Positions 53,964 to 63,572 of a stretch of DNA of 64,000 bases are shown in pieces. Each line of letters starts with the position of its first letter. The first letter of the stretch is position 1. The notes beneath the pieces are model-generated. The model searched no databases and had not been told where the DNA came from. It worked only from the letters and a program-made list of their open reading frames with translations. Source of the DNA: a virus; IMG/VR virus record IMGVR_UViG_3300030616_000002, positions 1-64,000 of that record; one strand, written 5' to 3'. The position numbers and the translations under genes are program-made.

Positions 53964-54554
53964 ATGGCAAGCAAGAAAACTGACGCGGGCAAAAAGGCCG
54001 CAACCGAGACCCCTGTTCCCGCAGAAAACATCCCGAAGGATACTGGCGGCAATCCGATCTTCATCGAAGAGAAGGTCGGAGACAAGATCGTCCGTAGGCC
54101 GAACCCGAAGTACATGGCCACTGCCGAAGAGGAGCAGGGCAAGTATAACCCCCGCGAGATCTACGAGTTCGTCTATATCGGCCCCTCGGATCACAAGCTC
54201 CCGAAGATCGAGAAGGTCGAGAAGGACGGCAAAGACCACTGGATCCAGACCGGCGGCGAACTTTGGCTAGGACCCGGCCAGCGAGTCAAGTATCTCGGCT
54301 GGATCGGCAACCACCGAGAATCTGATTTCGTGCTCGCAGACGATAAGGCCGTTACCGACGACTGGCTCTACCCCTGGTCCGAAGACACGATCATCGAACG
54401 GTTCAAGCGAGTACCGCCGGAGCTGTTCGATAGCTTCGTGCGGGCCTACCTGAAACTTTTTGGCGATCGTCGGCTCAAGGTGCAGGACTTCTACATGACA
54501 ACCTCCATAAAGCATCGCCAGGAAATCGAGGCTCGCCAGACCGGCGCTTTCTAG
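53964..54554 (+). CDS. head-associated hypothetical protein
   Basis: ORF track, 196 aa, immediately after the capsid gene. Confidence 0.5.
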   Translation: MASKKTDAGKKAATETPVPAENIPKDTGGNPIFIEEKVGDKIVRRPNPKYMATAEEEQGKYNPREIYEFVYIGPSDHKLPKIEKVEKDGKDHWIQTGGELWLGPGQRVKYLGWIGNHRESDFVLADDKAVTDDWLYPWSEDTIIERFKRVPPELFDSFVRAYLKLFGDRRLKVQDFYMTTSIKHRQEIEARQTGAF

Positions 54555-54563
54555 GAGTAGCAC

Positions 54564-54923
54564 ATGCTTCTGACTAAGACCCCGCACTGGCCGCACGCGC
54601 GTACGGCAAACCGAGTAGCTAACGACACCGTAGAGCGGCATACGTTTAACTCTGCGGCCGAGATCGTGGGGTTCTACGCAGAGGCAGAGACGTTCATCCG
54701 GATCGGAGACGGCGCGGTCGATATCCCAGCTTACAACGCCAACGATGTTGTTAGGATCCCCGCTGGACACTGGACCGTCTTATCTCTCGTCGGTTGGGCC
54801 GAGCGCGGCCCGGCCAAGACCAGAACCACCGTTGCGTTCCGAGCACCCGTCAACAACCGCCTGCAGATCATGGAATGGGACAACCCGGAGATCGACGTGG
54901 GCGCTACCGGCGGCAGCTACTAG
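54564..54923 (+). CDS. hypothetical structural-module protein
   Basis: ORF track, 119 aa. Confidence 0.5.
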   Translation: MLLTKTPHWPHARTANRVANDTVERHTFNSAAEIVGFYAEAETFIRIGDGAVDIPAYNANDVVRIPAGHWTVLSLVGWAERGPAKTRTTVAFRAPVNNRLQIMEWDNPEIDVGATGGSY

Positions 54924-54926
54924 CAG

Positions 54927-55652
54927 ATGGGTGCGATCGCTTCAGAGACGGTCCTAAAGGCGATTATCCGCAAGCGCTGCGATGGTGCCGATACGGATCT
55001 ACTGTCCGACGCTACCCTCGACAACTACCTAGACGACGCAGTCAACCGGGTTAACGAGTTGAACCCGCGCCTCATACTCTCGCAGCTAACCACGGTCGCG
55101 AATACCCAGGACTACCAGTTGACGGGCGGCGGCGCGAATCTCTCGAACTTCCTCGGCCTAGAAGCCGTATTTTATGATCAGACGAACACCGGGTTTCTCG
55201 CCGACGAGTTTCCTACCCTCTGGAGCCGCGGGCTCTACTCTCCGATCGCAGAAGGTATCTCGGTCTTCGACAACCCGTCGCTGGTCGAGATCTACTACCG
55301 CAAAGACGCCGCGTACGCCAAGGCCTTCGATGGTTCGTGGACCTACGTAGAGAAGGCGAGCGAGGCATACATCCGCCTTGAGCCAGCACCCGGCGTCGGC
55401 GATTCCATTGTCCCATACCTGTGGTGGCAGAAGCGAACACTAGACGATATGGAATCGTGGTTTCAGCAGAAGCTAGTTGATCTAGCCGCCGCCTATTGCC
55501 TGCAGTCAATCGGTAGTCGCCTTGAGATGCACCCCGAAGTTTCAATGGGGGGCTTCAAGGGCAAATCTACCGGCGCTCACCTTATCAGGCGCGGCGAGAA
55601 GTTAGAGCAGAAGGCCGAAGGGCGACTCATCCTACCACCTCTATTGGGGTAA
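54927..55652 (+). CDS. head-tail connector/adaptor-like protein (weak)
   Basis: 241 aa. The call rests on position and on an N-terminal helical segment like gp6-type connectors. Confidence 0.4.
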   Translation: MGAIASETVLKAIIRKRCDGADTDLLSDATLDNYLDDAVNRVNELNPRLILSQLTTVANTQDYQLTGGGANLSNFLGLEAVFYDQTNTGFLADEFPTLWSRGLYSPIAEGISVFDNPSLVEIYYRKDAAYAKAFDGSWTYVEKASEAYIRLEPAPGVGDSIVPYLWWQKRTLDDMESWFQQKLVDLAAAYCLQSIGSRLEMHPEVSMGGFKGKSTGAHLIRRGEKLEQKAEGRLILPPLLG

Positions 55653-55663
55653 TCAAGGGCAAC

Positions 55664-58273
55664 ATGGCCAAAGAAAAGCTAACGCTGGTTAGACGCCAGA
55701 ATGGGCCAGATCTCGTCTTCTACGATGACGCGTGGGAACCCCGCGTAATCAAGATCGGCGAGTGGATCTCCGCCGTCGATCCGGTAGCCAAACTACCAGA
55801 GTTAGGCAGGCCGGAGCCGTTGCCTGGCGACGCAGAGCCAGCGGGACCGGTGTTCGTAAAGGGCGGCGTCAGGGTTCAGATCTTCCGCTCGCAGAAGAGT
55901 AGGGAAGCGCAGCAGGCAGCAGATGATAGTCCGGGGATCGATCGGCCAGAACGACACGGAGAACTCGCCAAGATCCGCGGGGGCAAGGAAGACTTCACGG
56001 CGACAACCGCGATTCTAATTCCCGAGGGCGGCCCGCGATCCGCTGACGCTGAGGGCTCTTGCGTAAGAGCGAAGGCTATAAGGATAGGGGAAGATGGGAT
56101 CCCCGCCGCGCTAAAGGACTTATCGCCGGATATCTACTGGGTGCTCGTACTCAACGGGCCAGAGCCGCCGCAGCAGGGGCAGCTTTTAGCAGCAGTTGAG
56201 AAACTAGACAGGAGTAGCGCGGCCCTCATCCAGATCTCGTGTGGCGTGGTGTGCTCGGCCCAGACGCTCAAGAGCCTACCTACAGACGCAACGACCAAGG
56301 CAAGCGATTTACCGAAAATAGCAGCGGCAAAGGGCGCTGCTACGATCAACGGCAAAGAGATCGTGATCAAGCTGCCTGGTATTACTGTGCCCAAGGGTCG
56401 GCCGAAAAAGTCGGCGGTCGGCGTAGTGGTCACGGTCCACAACGCGCTGCGGGCTACGTCGTACTGCCTCGAATCCCTGAAGCGCTTTGACTTCGGCGGC
56501 GGACTGAACCCCCGCGTGATCGTGGTCGACGACGAATCAGCGCCACACGTCGAAAAGAAACTCCGCGCTATCTGCGGGGAGAACAAGTGGATCTACAAGC
56601 GCAACATAACCCGGCAGGGATATACGCGCACGGTTACCTCCGGGCTAGATCACGCAGTTAAGCTCGGCTGCAAGTGGATCTGTATTCTCAACTCGGATAC
56701 ACTGGTTACTCCGGGCTGGCTCTACAAGCTGGTAAGGGCCGGTGAAACGGATCCAAAGATCGGCATGGTCGGGCCCTACTCTAATGCAGCGGTCCACTTG
56801 TCTCTGCCGCAGTGGCTACTAAAGGGAGAGGACCCGGTATCTATTGCGGGCAAGCTCGCGCTCACCTCGAAGCGCTGCTATCCCGATGCCCTGACCCCTA
56901 CCGGCTTCTGTCTGCTCCTTTCAAGCGAGGCGTGGAAAAAGCACAGGCCATTCCGGGACGATATCTACGGAGAGGCGTACGGCGAGGAAACCGAGTTCTG
57001 GGCGCAACTGGTCAAGGGCGGGGGGCGCGCGATCTTGGCCGACGACGCCTTTGTCTGGCACCAGGGCCACGCGTCCTACGGGCAGGAGCAAGGCCACGTT
57101 GCCGAGGGATTCGCTGTTGCAAAGTTCAAGGCACGGCACGGCGCATTGCTCCAGCAGAAGGCCCACGACTTCAACGCCACGGCGCACGAGCGGATACTAT
57201 ATCAGGCCAATAGGTTCCCGCAGGGGACGATGAGCAGGCGTCCGCGGATCGCGTTCTTCGCTCACGAATATGGGTTGTACGGCGGCGTCCTGGCTATCGC
57301 CAATATCGTTAACCGCCTGATCGTGCTCGGCTGGGATGCACGGATCGCGGTTCGGGTTATCCGCAACAAAGCGATCGACGCGTTGCCCCTGCTTACCCAC
57401 CCGGTACCGTTCGGCTCCAAGGCCAACTTCATGAATCACTTTGCGTCGGAGATGTTCGATAGCGGGATTCTCTGCGCTACGGTTTGGGATACGGCGTTCC
57501 CGGTTGCCGAGGTAGCGAAGATCAACAAGGGGATCAAGCCCTGCTACTTCATCCAAGACGATGAAACCACTTTCACGGATCCCGATGGCGAACGGTTTGT
57601 TTCCGCAGGCCCGGTAATCGAGTCCTACTCCCACATCCGAAAGAAGATCGTTAACTCGAAGTGGGTCGTTGATCGGATCGCCGGAGAGCACAAGGTCGAC
57701 GGCTGTGTCTATATCCCGGTCGGAGTAGATACCAACCTATTCCACCCGCGGCATAGAGAGGACTCGACGCCAACGGTACTGTTCTTCTGCCGTCCAGAGA
57801 CACCGCGCCGCGGGGCAGATCTAGTACAGCGGGTATGCAGCGAGTTGACCGCGCGCTACCCGGATCTCCGCCTTGTAACCTACGGCGGGACACTGCCGAA
57901 TATGCCGGCGGCCGTCGAGCAACTAGGAACGATCCCGCAGGAAGAGGCCGCGCAGATCTACTCGCAGGCAGACGTATTCCTGGAGGCTTCGCACACGCAG
58001 GGATTCGGATTGCAGGGGCTAGAGGCGATGGCCTCAAGATGTGCGGTGGTATCAACGCGTAACCGCGGAATCGACAACTACGGGCGGGACCAGCAGAACT
58101 GCACGCTCATAGATATTGGCGATCAAGAAGCGGCCGTAGGCGCGATCGTAGAGCTGATCGAAGATCATAGCAAGCGCCAGCGCTACGTTGATGCCGGAAT
58201 GGAGACCGCTGCCGAGTTCGATTGGTGGCGGATTGCGGAGCAGTGGGACAAGGAATTGAGGAAGCTGTTGTGA
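55664..58273 (+). CDS. bifunctional glycosyltransferase (unknown N-domain + GT2 + GT4/GT1-type domain)
   Basis: 869 aa. GT2 part: VGVVVTVHNA...VIVVDDESAP...ILNSDTLV (DxD-like). C-terminal GT1 part: VLFFCRPETPRRGADL...ADVFLEASHTQGFGLQGLEAMASRCAVVST (E-x7-E type motif). Confidence 0.8.
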   Translation: MAKEKLTLVRRQNGPDLVFYDDAWEPRVIKIGEWISAVDPVAKLPELGRPEPLPGDAEPAGPVFVKGGVRVQIFRSQKSREAQQAADDSPGIDRPERHGELAKIRGGKEDFTATTAILIPEGGPRSADAEGSCVRAKAIRIGEDGIPAALKDLSPDIYWVLVLNGPEPPQQGQLLAAVEKLDRSSAALIQISCGVVCSAQTLKSLPTDATTKASDLPKIAAAKGAATINGKEIVIKLPGITVPKGRPKKSAVGVVVTVHNALRATSYCLESLKRFDFGGGLNPRVIVVDDESAPHVEKKLRAICGENKWIYKRNITRQGYTRTVTSGLDHAVKLGCKWICILNSDTLVTPGWLYKLVRAGETDPKIGMVGPYSNAAVHLSLPQWLLKGEDPVSIAGKLALTSKRCYPDALTPTGFCLLLSSEAWKKHRPFRDDIYGEAYGEETEFWAQLVKGGGRAILADDAFVWHQGHASYGQEQGHVAEGFAVAKFKARHGALLQQKAHDFNATAHERILYQANRFPQGTMSRRPRIAFFAHEYGLYGGVLAIANIVNRLIVLGWDARIAVRVIRNKAIDALPLLTHPVPFGSKANFMNHFASEMFDSGILCATVWDTAFPVAEVAKINKGIKPCYFIQDDETTFTDPDGERFVSAGPVIESYSHIRKKIVNSKWVVDRIAGEHKVDGCVYIPVGVDTNLFHPRHREDSTPTVLFFCRPETPRRGADLVQRVCSELTARYPDLRLVTYGGTLPNMPAAVEQLGTIPQEEAAQIYSQADVFLEASHTQGFGLQGLEAMASRCAVVSTRNRGIDNYGRDQQNCTLIDIGDQEAAVGAIVELIEDHSKRQRYVDAGMETAAEFDWWRIAEQWDKELRKLL

Positions 58274-59031
58274 ACTGGGACAAGCCAGACCGCAACTTCG
58301 TGATCATGGGCATGGCCCGGAGCGGGACTAGCCTTGCCTGTAAGCTGGTCAGTGAGCAGGTAAGAAACTCCTACTGCCTCAACGACGCAGAGATCAACTT
58401 CAACAAGGTGCCAGCACTGCTGGCCGAAACCCGTAGGTGCCTGGTCAATCGAGAGCCCGTCACTAACCGCTTCAGGGGCGATGAGCTTTCAAGCGATACG
58501 GTTCGGGTACTAGCTCCCTTGGAGCCGCGAGTAGCAACCGGAGACTTTAATAGCAACGCCGCAGTCGGCGTGAAAATGATCCCGGAGTACCGCAAGGCGA
58601 TTGCTGCTGGGTATCTCGTAATCGCTATGCTTCGAGATCCGGTCTATGCGATCGCTAGCTGGGGAAGCCACGATATCGCGTGGGCCCACGTTACCGACGA
58701 CGACATGGATCCGATCTGGCGATATAGGGGGATCAAGTTCAAGATGAGTTCGCAGGTCGAGCGGCAGTGCGAGATCTGGGAGTTCTTTGCAAAGCAGATC
58801 CTAGAGGCCAAGGCTAGCGGCAAGGTACAGGTTGATGTCTGGAAATACGAGGGCCTTGTAGCGTTGCCCGATCTTCATATCCGAGACTTTGCTAGCTACT
58901 TCGGGCTCGCGGCAAAGCGCGGAGTCCGCCTGGCCAACCTGAACGACCCATCGCGATTCTACGGAATAAGAACAATCCGTGACGCCGTCGCGGAGCTTTG
59001 CCCATCAAGGCTGGAGTTCGGTTATGCCTGA
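58270..59031 (+). CDS. sulfotransferase family protein (type B paralog 1)
   Basis: In frame with ORF 58222..59031, from GTG 58270 (GTGA overlap). MGMARSGTSLA is a 5'-PSB-like loop and AMLRDPVYAIAS is a 3'-PB-like motif. Confidence 0.7.
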   Translation: MNWDKPDRNFVIMGMARSGTSLACKLVSEQVRNSYCLNDAEINFNKVPALLAETRRCLVNREPVTNRFRGDELSSDTVRVLAPLEPRVATGDFNSNAAVGVKMIPEYRKAIAAGYLVIAMLRDPVYAIASWGSHDIAWAHVTDDDMDPIWRYRGIKFKMSSQVERQCEIWEFFAKQILEAKASGKVQVDVWKYEGLVALPDLHIRDFASYFGLAAKRGVRLANLNDPSRFYGIRTIRDAVAELCPSRLEFGYA

Positions 59032-59803
59032 CCTCGTAATTACTGGCCCGTGTCGCAGCGGTACGGCACTATTGCACACGCTGGTCAACGATTATGTGCC
59101 CAACGCGATCTGCACCAATGAGGTGGTGAACAAAGGAATCGCTGGGCTGAAGGCATACTTCGCTGCGACCCGCAAGGCAGTCAACGCGGGCAAGCCGATC
59201 GCCAATCGCTACGCGCGAGACGGGTCCTTATCTGATAACTCCTGGCGCAAGGGCGCGGAGATACAACGCCGCGTAGTCGAGAAGCCGCTAGAGGGTGACT
59301 GGCTTATGGCTACAAAGGTCATGCTTGGGTGCATGGATCATATTCCCGAGATCGTTGACCTCGGATTCCCCGTTGCCGTGATAGTCCGAGATCCTGTCTA
59401 TACTCTGGGCTCATGGGGGGACCCGAAGACCAGGGGACAGACGGTCGGGCGTATCACGGAAAACGACATGCACAAGTGGTGGGAGAAACACCCGTTCCCG
59501 TTCAACAGGATCGATGCAATCGGAAGACGAGCGGAATACTGGAACTACCTGGCCAGCACGATCTACGAGTCGATCTGTATTGCCCCTAAGGGCACGGTAC
59601 GATTGTTCCGTTACGAGGATCTCGTAACCGATACGATTGGCGAGTTGCAGAAGATTACCAAATGGTTTGATATGGACGATCCGATCGGTGCGCCAAAGCT
59701 CAAGAGCGCCAACAGAGACGATCGATACCCAGTGAGGATGGGTGAGATCAAAAAGGTTGTCGGGAGGCTTTGCCCGATACGGGATAAGTTTGGATACAAA
59801 TAG
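59024..59803 (+). CDS. sulfotransferase family protein (type B paralog 2)
   Basis: In frame with ORF 58979..59803, from ATG 59024. TGPCRSGTALL and VIVRDPVYTLGS. Confidence 0.7.
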   Translation: MPDLVITGPCRSGTALLHTLVNDYVPNAICTNEVVNKGIAGLKAYFAATRKAVNAGKPIANRYARDGSLSDNSWRKGAEIQRRVVEKPLEGDWLMATKVMLGCMDHIPEIVDLGFPVAVIVRDPVYTLGSWGDPKTRGQTVGRITENDMHKWWEKHPFPFNRIDAIGRRAEYWNYLASTIYESICIAPKGTVRLFRYEDLVTDTIGELQKITKWFDMDDPIGAPKLKSANRDDRYPVRMGEIKKVVGRLCPIRDKFGYK

Positions 59804-59812
59804 GAGGGACTG

Positions 59813-60922
59813 ATGCGCTTTCTGTTCATAGGCGCGCACTATCCAGCGCTGCGAAGGGAACTGCGGAAGCTCGGCCACGAGTGCAAGGACGTTGACCACT
59901 GGGCCCTCTTCTGCAGGCGCGGGGCGCTGGCTGCCGCGGAGTCTTGCCACCCAGAGGGTACCGAGGGCGGTACGCAGTCGGCAGTCAATGATCATGTTCG
60001 CCGCGTAGCGCTTGAGTACAAACCTGATGTTATCGTGCAGTGGAAAGGCTGGATCGACGGGGCTCGCTTTATTCTCCCCGATACGATCAGCTACCTGAAG
60101 GATGAGTTAGATTGCCTGACCGTTTACTGGAGCGTTGACGATCCCGATTTCGTCGGCTTCTGGCGGCAGCACATGAGCGGGATCGGCGTCTGGGATGTGG
60201 CCCTTACCTGCTGCGCTGCGAGCAAAGAGATCTACCGAAAGGCTGGAGTCAGATATCCTCACTATTTCCTGCCGGCCTTTGATACCGAGTGGCCGATCGA
60301 TACGCTCGAAGGCGAACGCGAAACCGCGGATCTCGTTGTCGCTGGTCACTCCTACGCCCCGATCCACGGGGCAGACATGGGGCGGGCAGCCTTCGCGCTA
60401 GCGGTCAAGCGGGCGGGCTACAAGGTGGAGATCTACGGGCCCAACCCGGAGATGTGGACGACTCCGGGCGGTATCTTGGTAACAGGGCACCCGGAGCTAA
60501 GGGAATGTTACCGGGGCTGGCTACAGCATGACGACGTGTGGAAGGCGTATATCCGCGGCAAGGTCGTGCTCAACAACCATCTGCGAAAGGGCGGGGGATA
60601 CGACAAGCGATACACGGGCTACTGCAACGACAAGATCTTTCAGATCGCCGGGGCCAACGGCGCAACGCAGCTCATGGATTACCAGCCGGGGATCTCTCCG
60701 GACGTATATACTGCGGGCCTAGAGTTCGTACAGTATCGCAAAAGCCTAGAGCCGCAGGAGTGCCTTGATTCGGCTTTTGAGATCTTCGAGGACCTAATCG
60801 CTAACGACGACGTTAGGTACGGCATGCGGGATGCTGCGCGCAAGCGCACGCTAGCCGAGCACACATGGAGACACCGAGCCGAGCAGCTTATGCAAATTTG
60901 CAAAACAGGAGGAAAGGGGTAG
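59813..60922 (+). CDS. CgeB-like glycosyltransferase (candidate)
   Basis: 369 aa. The overall layout and the C-terminal ...RKRTLAEHTWRHRAEQL resemble CgeB/DUF3880-type GT1-like proteins (recalled). Confidence 0.5.
   Translation: MRFLFIGAHYPALRRELRKLGHECKDVDHWALFCRRGALAAAESCHPEGTEGGTQSAVNDHVRRVALEYKPDVIVQWKGWIDGARFILPDTISYLKDELDCLTVYWSVDDPDFVGFWRQHMSGIGVWDVALTCCAASKEIYRKAGVRYPHYFLPAFDTEWPIDTLEGERETADLVVAGHSYAPIHGADMGRAAFALAVKRAGYKVEIYGPNPEMWTTPGGILVTGHPELRECYRGWLQHDDVWKAYIRGKVVLNNHLRKGGGYDKRYTGYCNDKIFQIAGANGATQLMDYQPGISPDVYTAGLEFVQYRKSLEPQECLDSAFEIFEDLIANDDVRYGMRDAARKRTLAEHTWRHRAEQLMQICKTGGKG
60891..60902. promoter_or_regulatory. perfect 12-bp palindrome TGCAAATTTGCA (copy 5 of 5)
   Basis: Read directly; 23 nt upstream of ATG 60925, inside the 3' end of the preceding gene. 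Confidence 0.65.
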
Positions 60923-60924
60923 AG

Positions 60925-61662
60925 ATGCCACGCCCTCTTCCCGCCTGCGCGCGGCTCGTTATGGCGAACAAGGAAAGAAACAAGATCGTTTCGTTTCCCC
61001 GGTCAGGCATTTCGTGGTTGTTCCTCCGGACCAATCGCTTTCTACTGCACCGGTTCGGCATTGAGGACACGAGCCCTACGGCCCGGTTCTTGTCGCACTC
61101 GCACTTGGGCTACTTGCCGCACAACGATAAAACAGTGATTCACCATTCTATGCGACACAAGTTGAACTATCCAGAAGGCACGAGGGTAACGGTACTGCTA
61201 CGAGACGCGCGCTCGATTCTCGCCTCTGTGTATCATTATAGACGGCGAAACGTAAACGGCTGCTGCGAGATTGCTAGTGAGTTTGTAGCTAGTAATACGG
61301 GCGCGTCCTGTTTGAGCGCTTTTCTGAACGACGTCGCTTTGCTTGCGAGCAGGGCAGAGAAAAACAAGTGGGACCTACGATTTATCTACTACGAGGATAT
61401 GCTAGATCCGCTTTTCCTTGATTGTATCCCAGACATTCTCGGGCTCGGGTGCGTGCTGACGGATATTGAGAGGGAAGCCCTAGCCGAGGACAGCAACTTC
61501 ATAGTGCATCCGTCAAGGTTATACGAAAGACTCAATGACGCCGATTCGAATTACCAGAAGAACAAGTACAAGGAAGCATTTGGCGAGAAAGACGTGCGCT
61601 TCATCGAAGATCACATGAAGCGGTTTTGCAAACTGCGGCAATACAGCGTGCGGTATTGCTAG
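60925..61662 (+). CDS. sulfotransferase family protein (type A paralog 1)
   Basis: In frame with ORF 60865..61662. ATG 60925 follows AGGAGGAAAGGGG. SFPRSGISWL, VLLRDARSILAS, IYYEDML. Confidence 0.65.
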   Translation: MPRPLPACARLVMANKERNKIVSFPRSGISWLFLRTNRFLLHRFGIEDTSPTARFLSHSHLGYLPHNDKTVIHHSMRHKLNYPEGTRVTVLLRDARSILASVYHYRRRNVNGCCEIASEFVASNTGASCLSAFLNDVALLASRAEKNKWDLRFIYYEDMLDPLFLDCIPDILGLGCVLTDIEREALAEDSNFIVHPSRLYERLNDADSNYQKNKYKEAFGEKDVRFIEDHMKRFCKLRQYSVRYC

Positions 61663-61671
61663 GGAGGAATT

Positions 61672-62202
61672 ATGGAACCGATGGTAGGGGCGGACGCTTG
61701 GGAGCGTTATTGGTCAACACCGAATCCTGATCGCAGAGACCGCAAGTGGCCGCTATATACGAGAATGGCGCTGCTGGTGGTTGACGTTGCGGAAGGCAGG
61801 CAGGTCAGTGTTGCCGAGGTCGGATGCGGGGTCGGCGGTTTTTTGGATCGCCTGCGTGGTTTGAAGGGGATCAACAAGATCGGCTTTGACATCGCGCCGA
61901 CTGCAGTAGAAGCGTGCAAGAACCGGGATCACAATGCGTTCATCGCGGATGCCGCTGATCTTCCGGTTGACGGCAGCTTTGATATTATCGTCGCGATCGA
62001 TCTGCTCGGCTACCTAGAGGATCCCCACGCTGCCCTACTACACTGGCGAGACCTAACGCCAGGGGGGGAGCTGATTGTCGCGGATCCCTACTACGATACT
62101 GACGTGCTAAAGCAGACAATAGAGGGCGCAGGGTTCAGCGTAACCGACGAGCGCATGGTGACGGCATCTAGCAAGGCGTTTCGGATTGTGGTAGCCAAGT
62201 GA
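61672..62202 (+). CDS. class I SAM-dependent methyltransferase
   Basis: 176 aa. VAEVGCGVGGFL (motif I), GFDIAP, IIVAIDLLGYLEDP. Confidence 0.8.
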   Translation: MEPMVGADAWERYWSTPNPDRRDRKWPLYTRMALLVVDVAEGRQVSVAEVGCGVGGFLDRLRGLKGINKIGFDIAPTAVEACKNRDHNAFIADAADLPVDGSFDIIVAIDLLGYLEDPHAALLHWRDLTPGGELIVADPYYDTDVLKQTIEGAGFSVTDERMVTASSKAFRIVVAK

Positions 62203-62915
62203 GGGCGAGGAGCTACTTTATCTCGTATCCGCGATCCGGTAGTCACTGGATCAAGCAGCGTATACGATTGCTGCTCGCCGGGATCAGCGGAGTCGATAGC
62301 GACCCGGACCAGCGATACAACTGGACCCACTACGGCTATGCGTTCAACCCGAGCCGCAATATACCAGGCCGAAAGGTAAAGCCGCCGAGAAAGTCAAACG
62401 TAGTGCTACTGCTGCGCGATGCTGTTCCGATCGTGGGATCAACGTATCACTTCATGCATACGCGCTTGGTTGAGTTAGGCCCGGAAGATCGCAACCTGCA
62501 GATAGAAAAGGATCATGACGCGTTCGTTAGGGGCGGCTGGGGCGTATCAAGATACTGCGCCTTTTTGAACGAGGTATCAGATCTCATGGAGAGCGCGCAG
62601 GAGCTACGCTGGCGGGTCAAGCCTGTTTTCTACGAGGACCTGTTCAGCGAGGAGTCGATTGCAGAGCTTCCGTGGATACTCGGCTTGAGCTTCTGGGTAT
62701 CGCCAGAAATCAGCAGAGATATCTTTGAGCAAACGAGGCAGCTAATCAACCCGTCCCTGAAAGCGCAGAAGGGCACGATAGCAACGGAGAGATACCAGGC
62801 CACGAAGCACAGCAATGTGATCAGTAAAGAATCCGAGCGATACATTCGGGGCTACATGGACAAGCACTGTAGGCTCGGGCTCTACCGAGAGCGCTACATA
62901 GATAGGGGCGAATGA
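62199..62915 (+). CDS. sulfotransferase family protein (type A paralog 2)
   Basis: 238 aa. SYPRSGSHWI, LLLRDAVPIVGS, VFYEDLF. Confidence 0.7.
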   Translation: MRARSYFISYPRSGSHWIKQRIRLLLAGISGVDSDPDQRYNWTHYGYAFNPSRNIPGRKVKPPRKSNVVLLLRDAVPIVGSTYHFMHTRLVELGPEDRNLQIEKDHDAFVRGGWGVSRYCAFLNEVSDLMESAQELRWRVKPVFYEDLFSEESIAELPWILGLSFWVSPEISRDIFEQTRQLINPSLKAQKGTIATERYQATKHSNVISKESERYIRGYMDKHCRLGLYRERYIDRGE

Positions 62916-63571
62916 AAATGAGAACTCAAAACTTTTTCATTTCGCACCCGAGATCGGGGACGCAGTGGACAAAAAGAAGAATTAAGGCCATTCAAGAATG
63001 GCGCGGCATTGTGCCCGGCAACAGGGTGACGTTCTCGCATTTTGGGTACAACCCCATGACCCCACGAAACCCAAACAAGCAGAGAAACGTCATTGGCCTT
63101 AATGTGACCGTTCTTATGAGGGATCCGTGTGCTTTGTTTGCTTCATATTATTGTTTTTACAACGGTCAGGCCAGGAAACACCGGGATCGCCCGGAGGCAC
63201 GGAGCCCCGTTGAATTTGTTTTGGGTGATTATGGAATTTCGAGACTGTGCTCGTTTTTGAATGATGTTGATCGTGTTGTCGTTCAAGACGCGGCAAGTAA
63301 AAACAACCGGATTAATTATTTGTTCTATGAGGATCTTTTTAATGTGGATCGGTTTGCCAAGATGATGTTGCCCATTATGGACACCGGGCGCGCGCTAGTG
63401 GGCAAAGAGATAGAAATTCTCAGCAAACATCACACGATGGACAGGAATGCGCAAATCAACAAATATCGTGAAACGCTAACGCGCGAAGCAATAGATATAG
63501 TACGCGATGGGATGCGTTCTGGTTGTAGGTTGGCTGCATATCGTAAGCGCTACCTAGAGAAGGGCGATTAG
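62912..63571 (+). CDS. sulfotransferase family protein (type A paralog 3; AT-richer)
   Basis: 219 aa. SHPRSGTQWT, VLMRDPCALFAS, LFYEDLF. Noticeably lower GC. Confidence 0.7.
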   Translation: MKMRTQNFFISHPRSGTQWTKRRIKAIQEWRGIVPGNRVTFSHFGYNPMTPRNPNKQRNVIGLNVTVLMRDPCALFASYYCFYNGQARKHRDRPEARSPVEFVLGDYGISRLCSFLNDVDRVVVQDAASKNNRINYLFYEDLFNVDRFAKMMLPIMDTGRALVGKEIEILSKHHTMDRNAQINKYRETLTREAIDIVRDGMRSGCRLAAYRKRYLEKGD

Positions 63572-63572
63572 C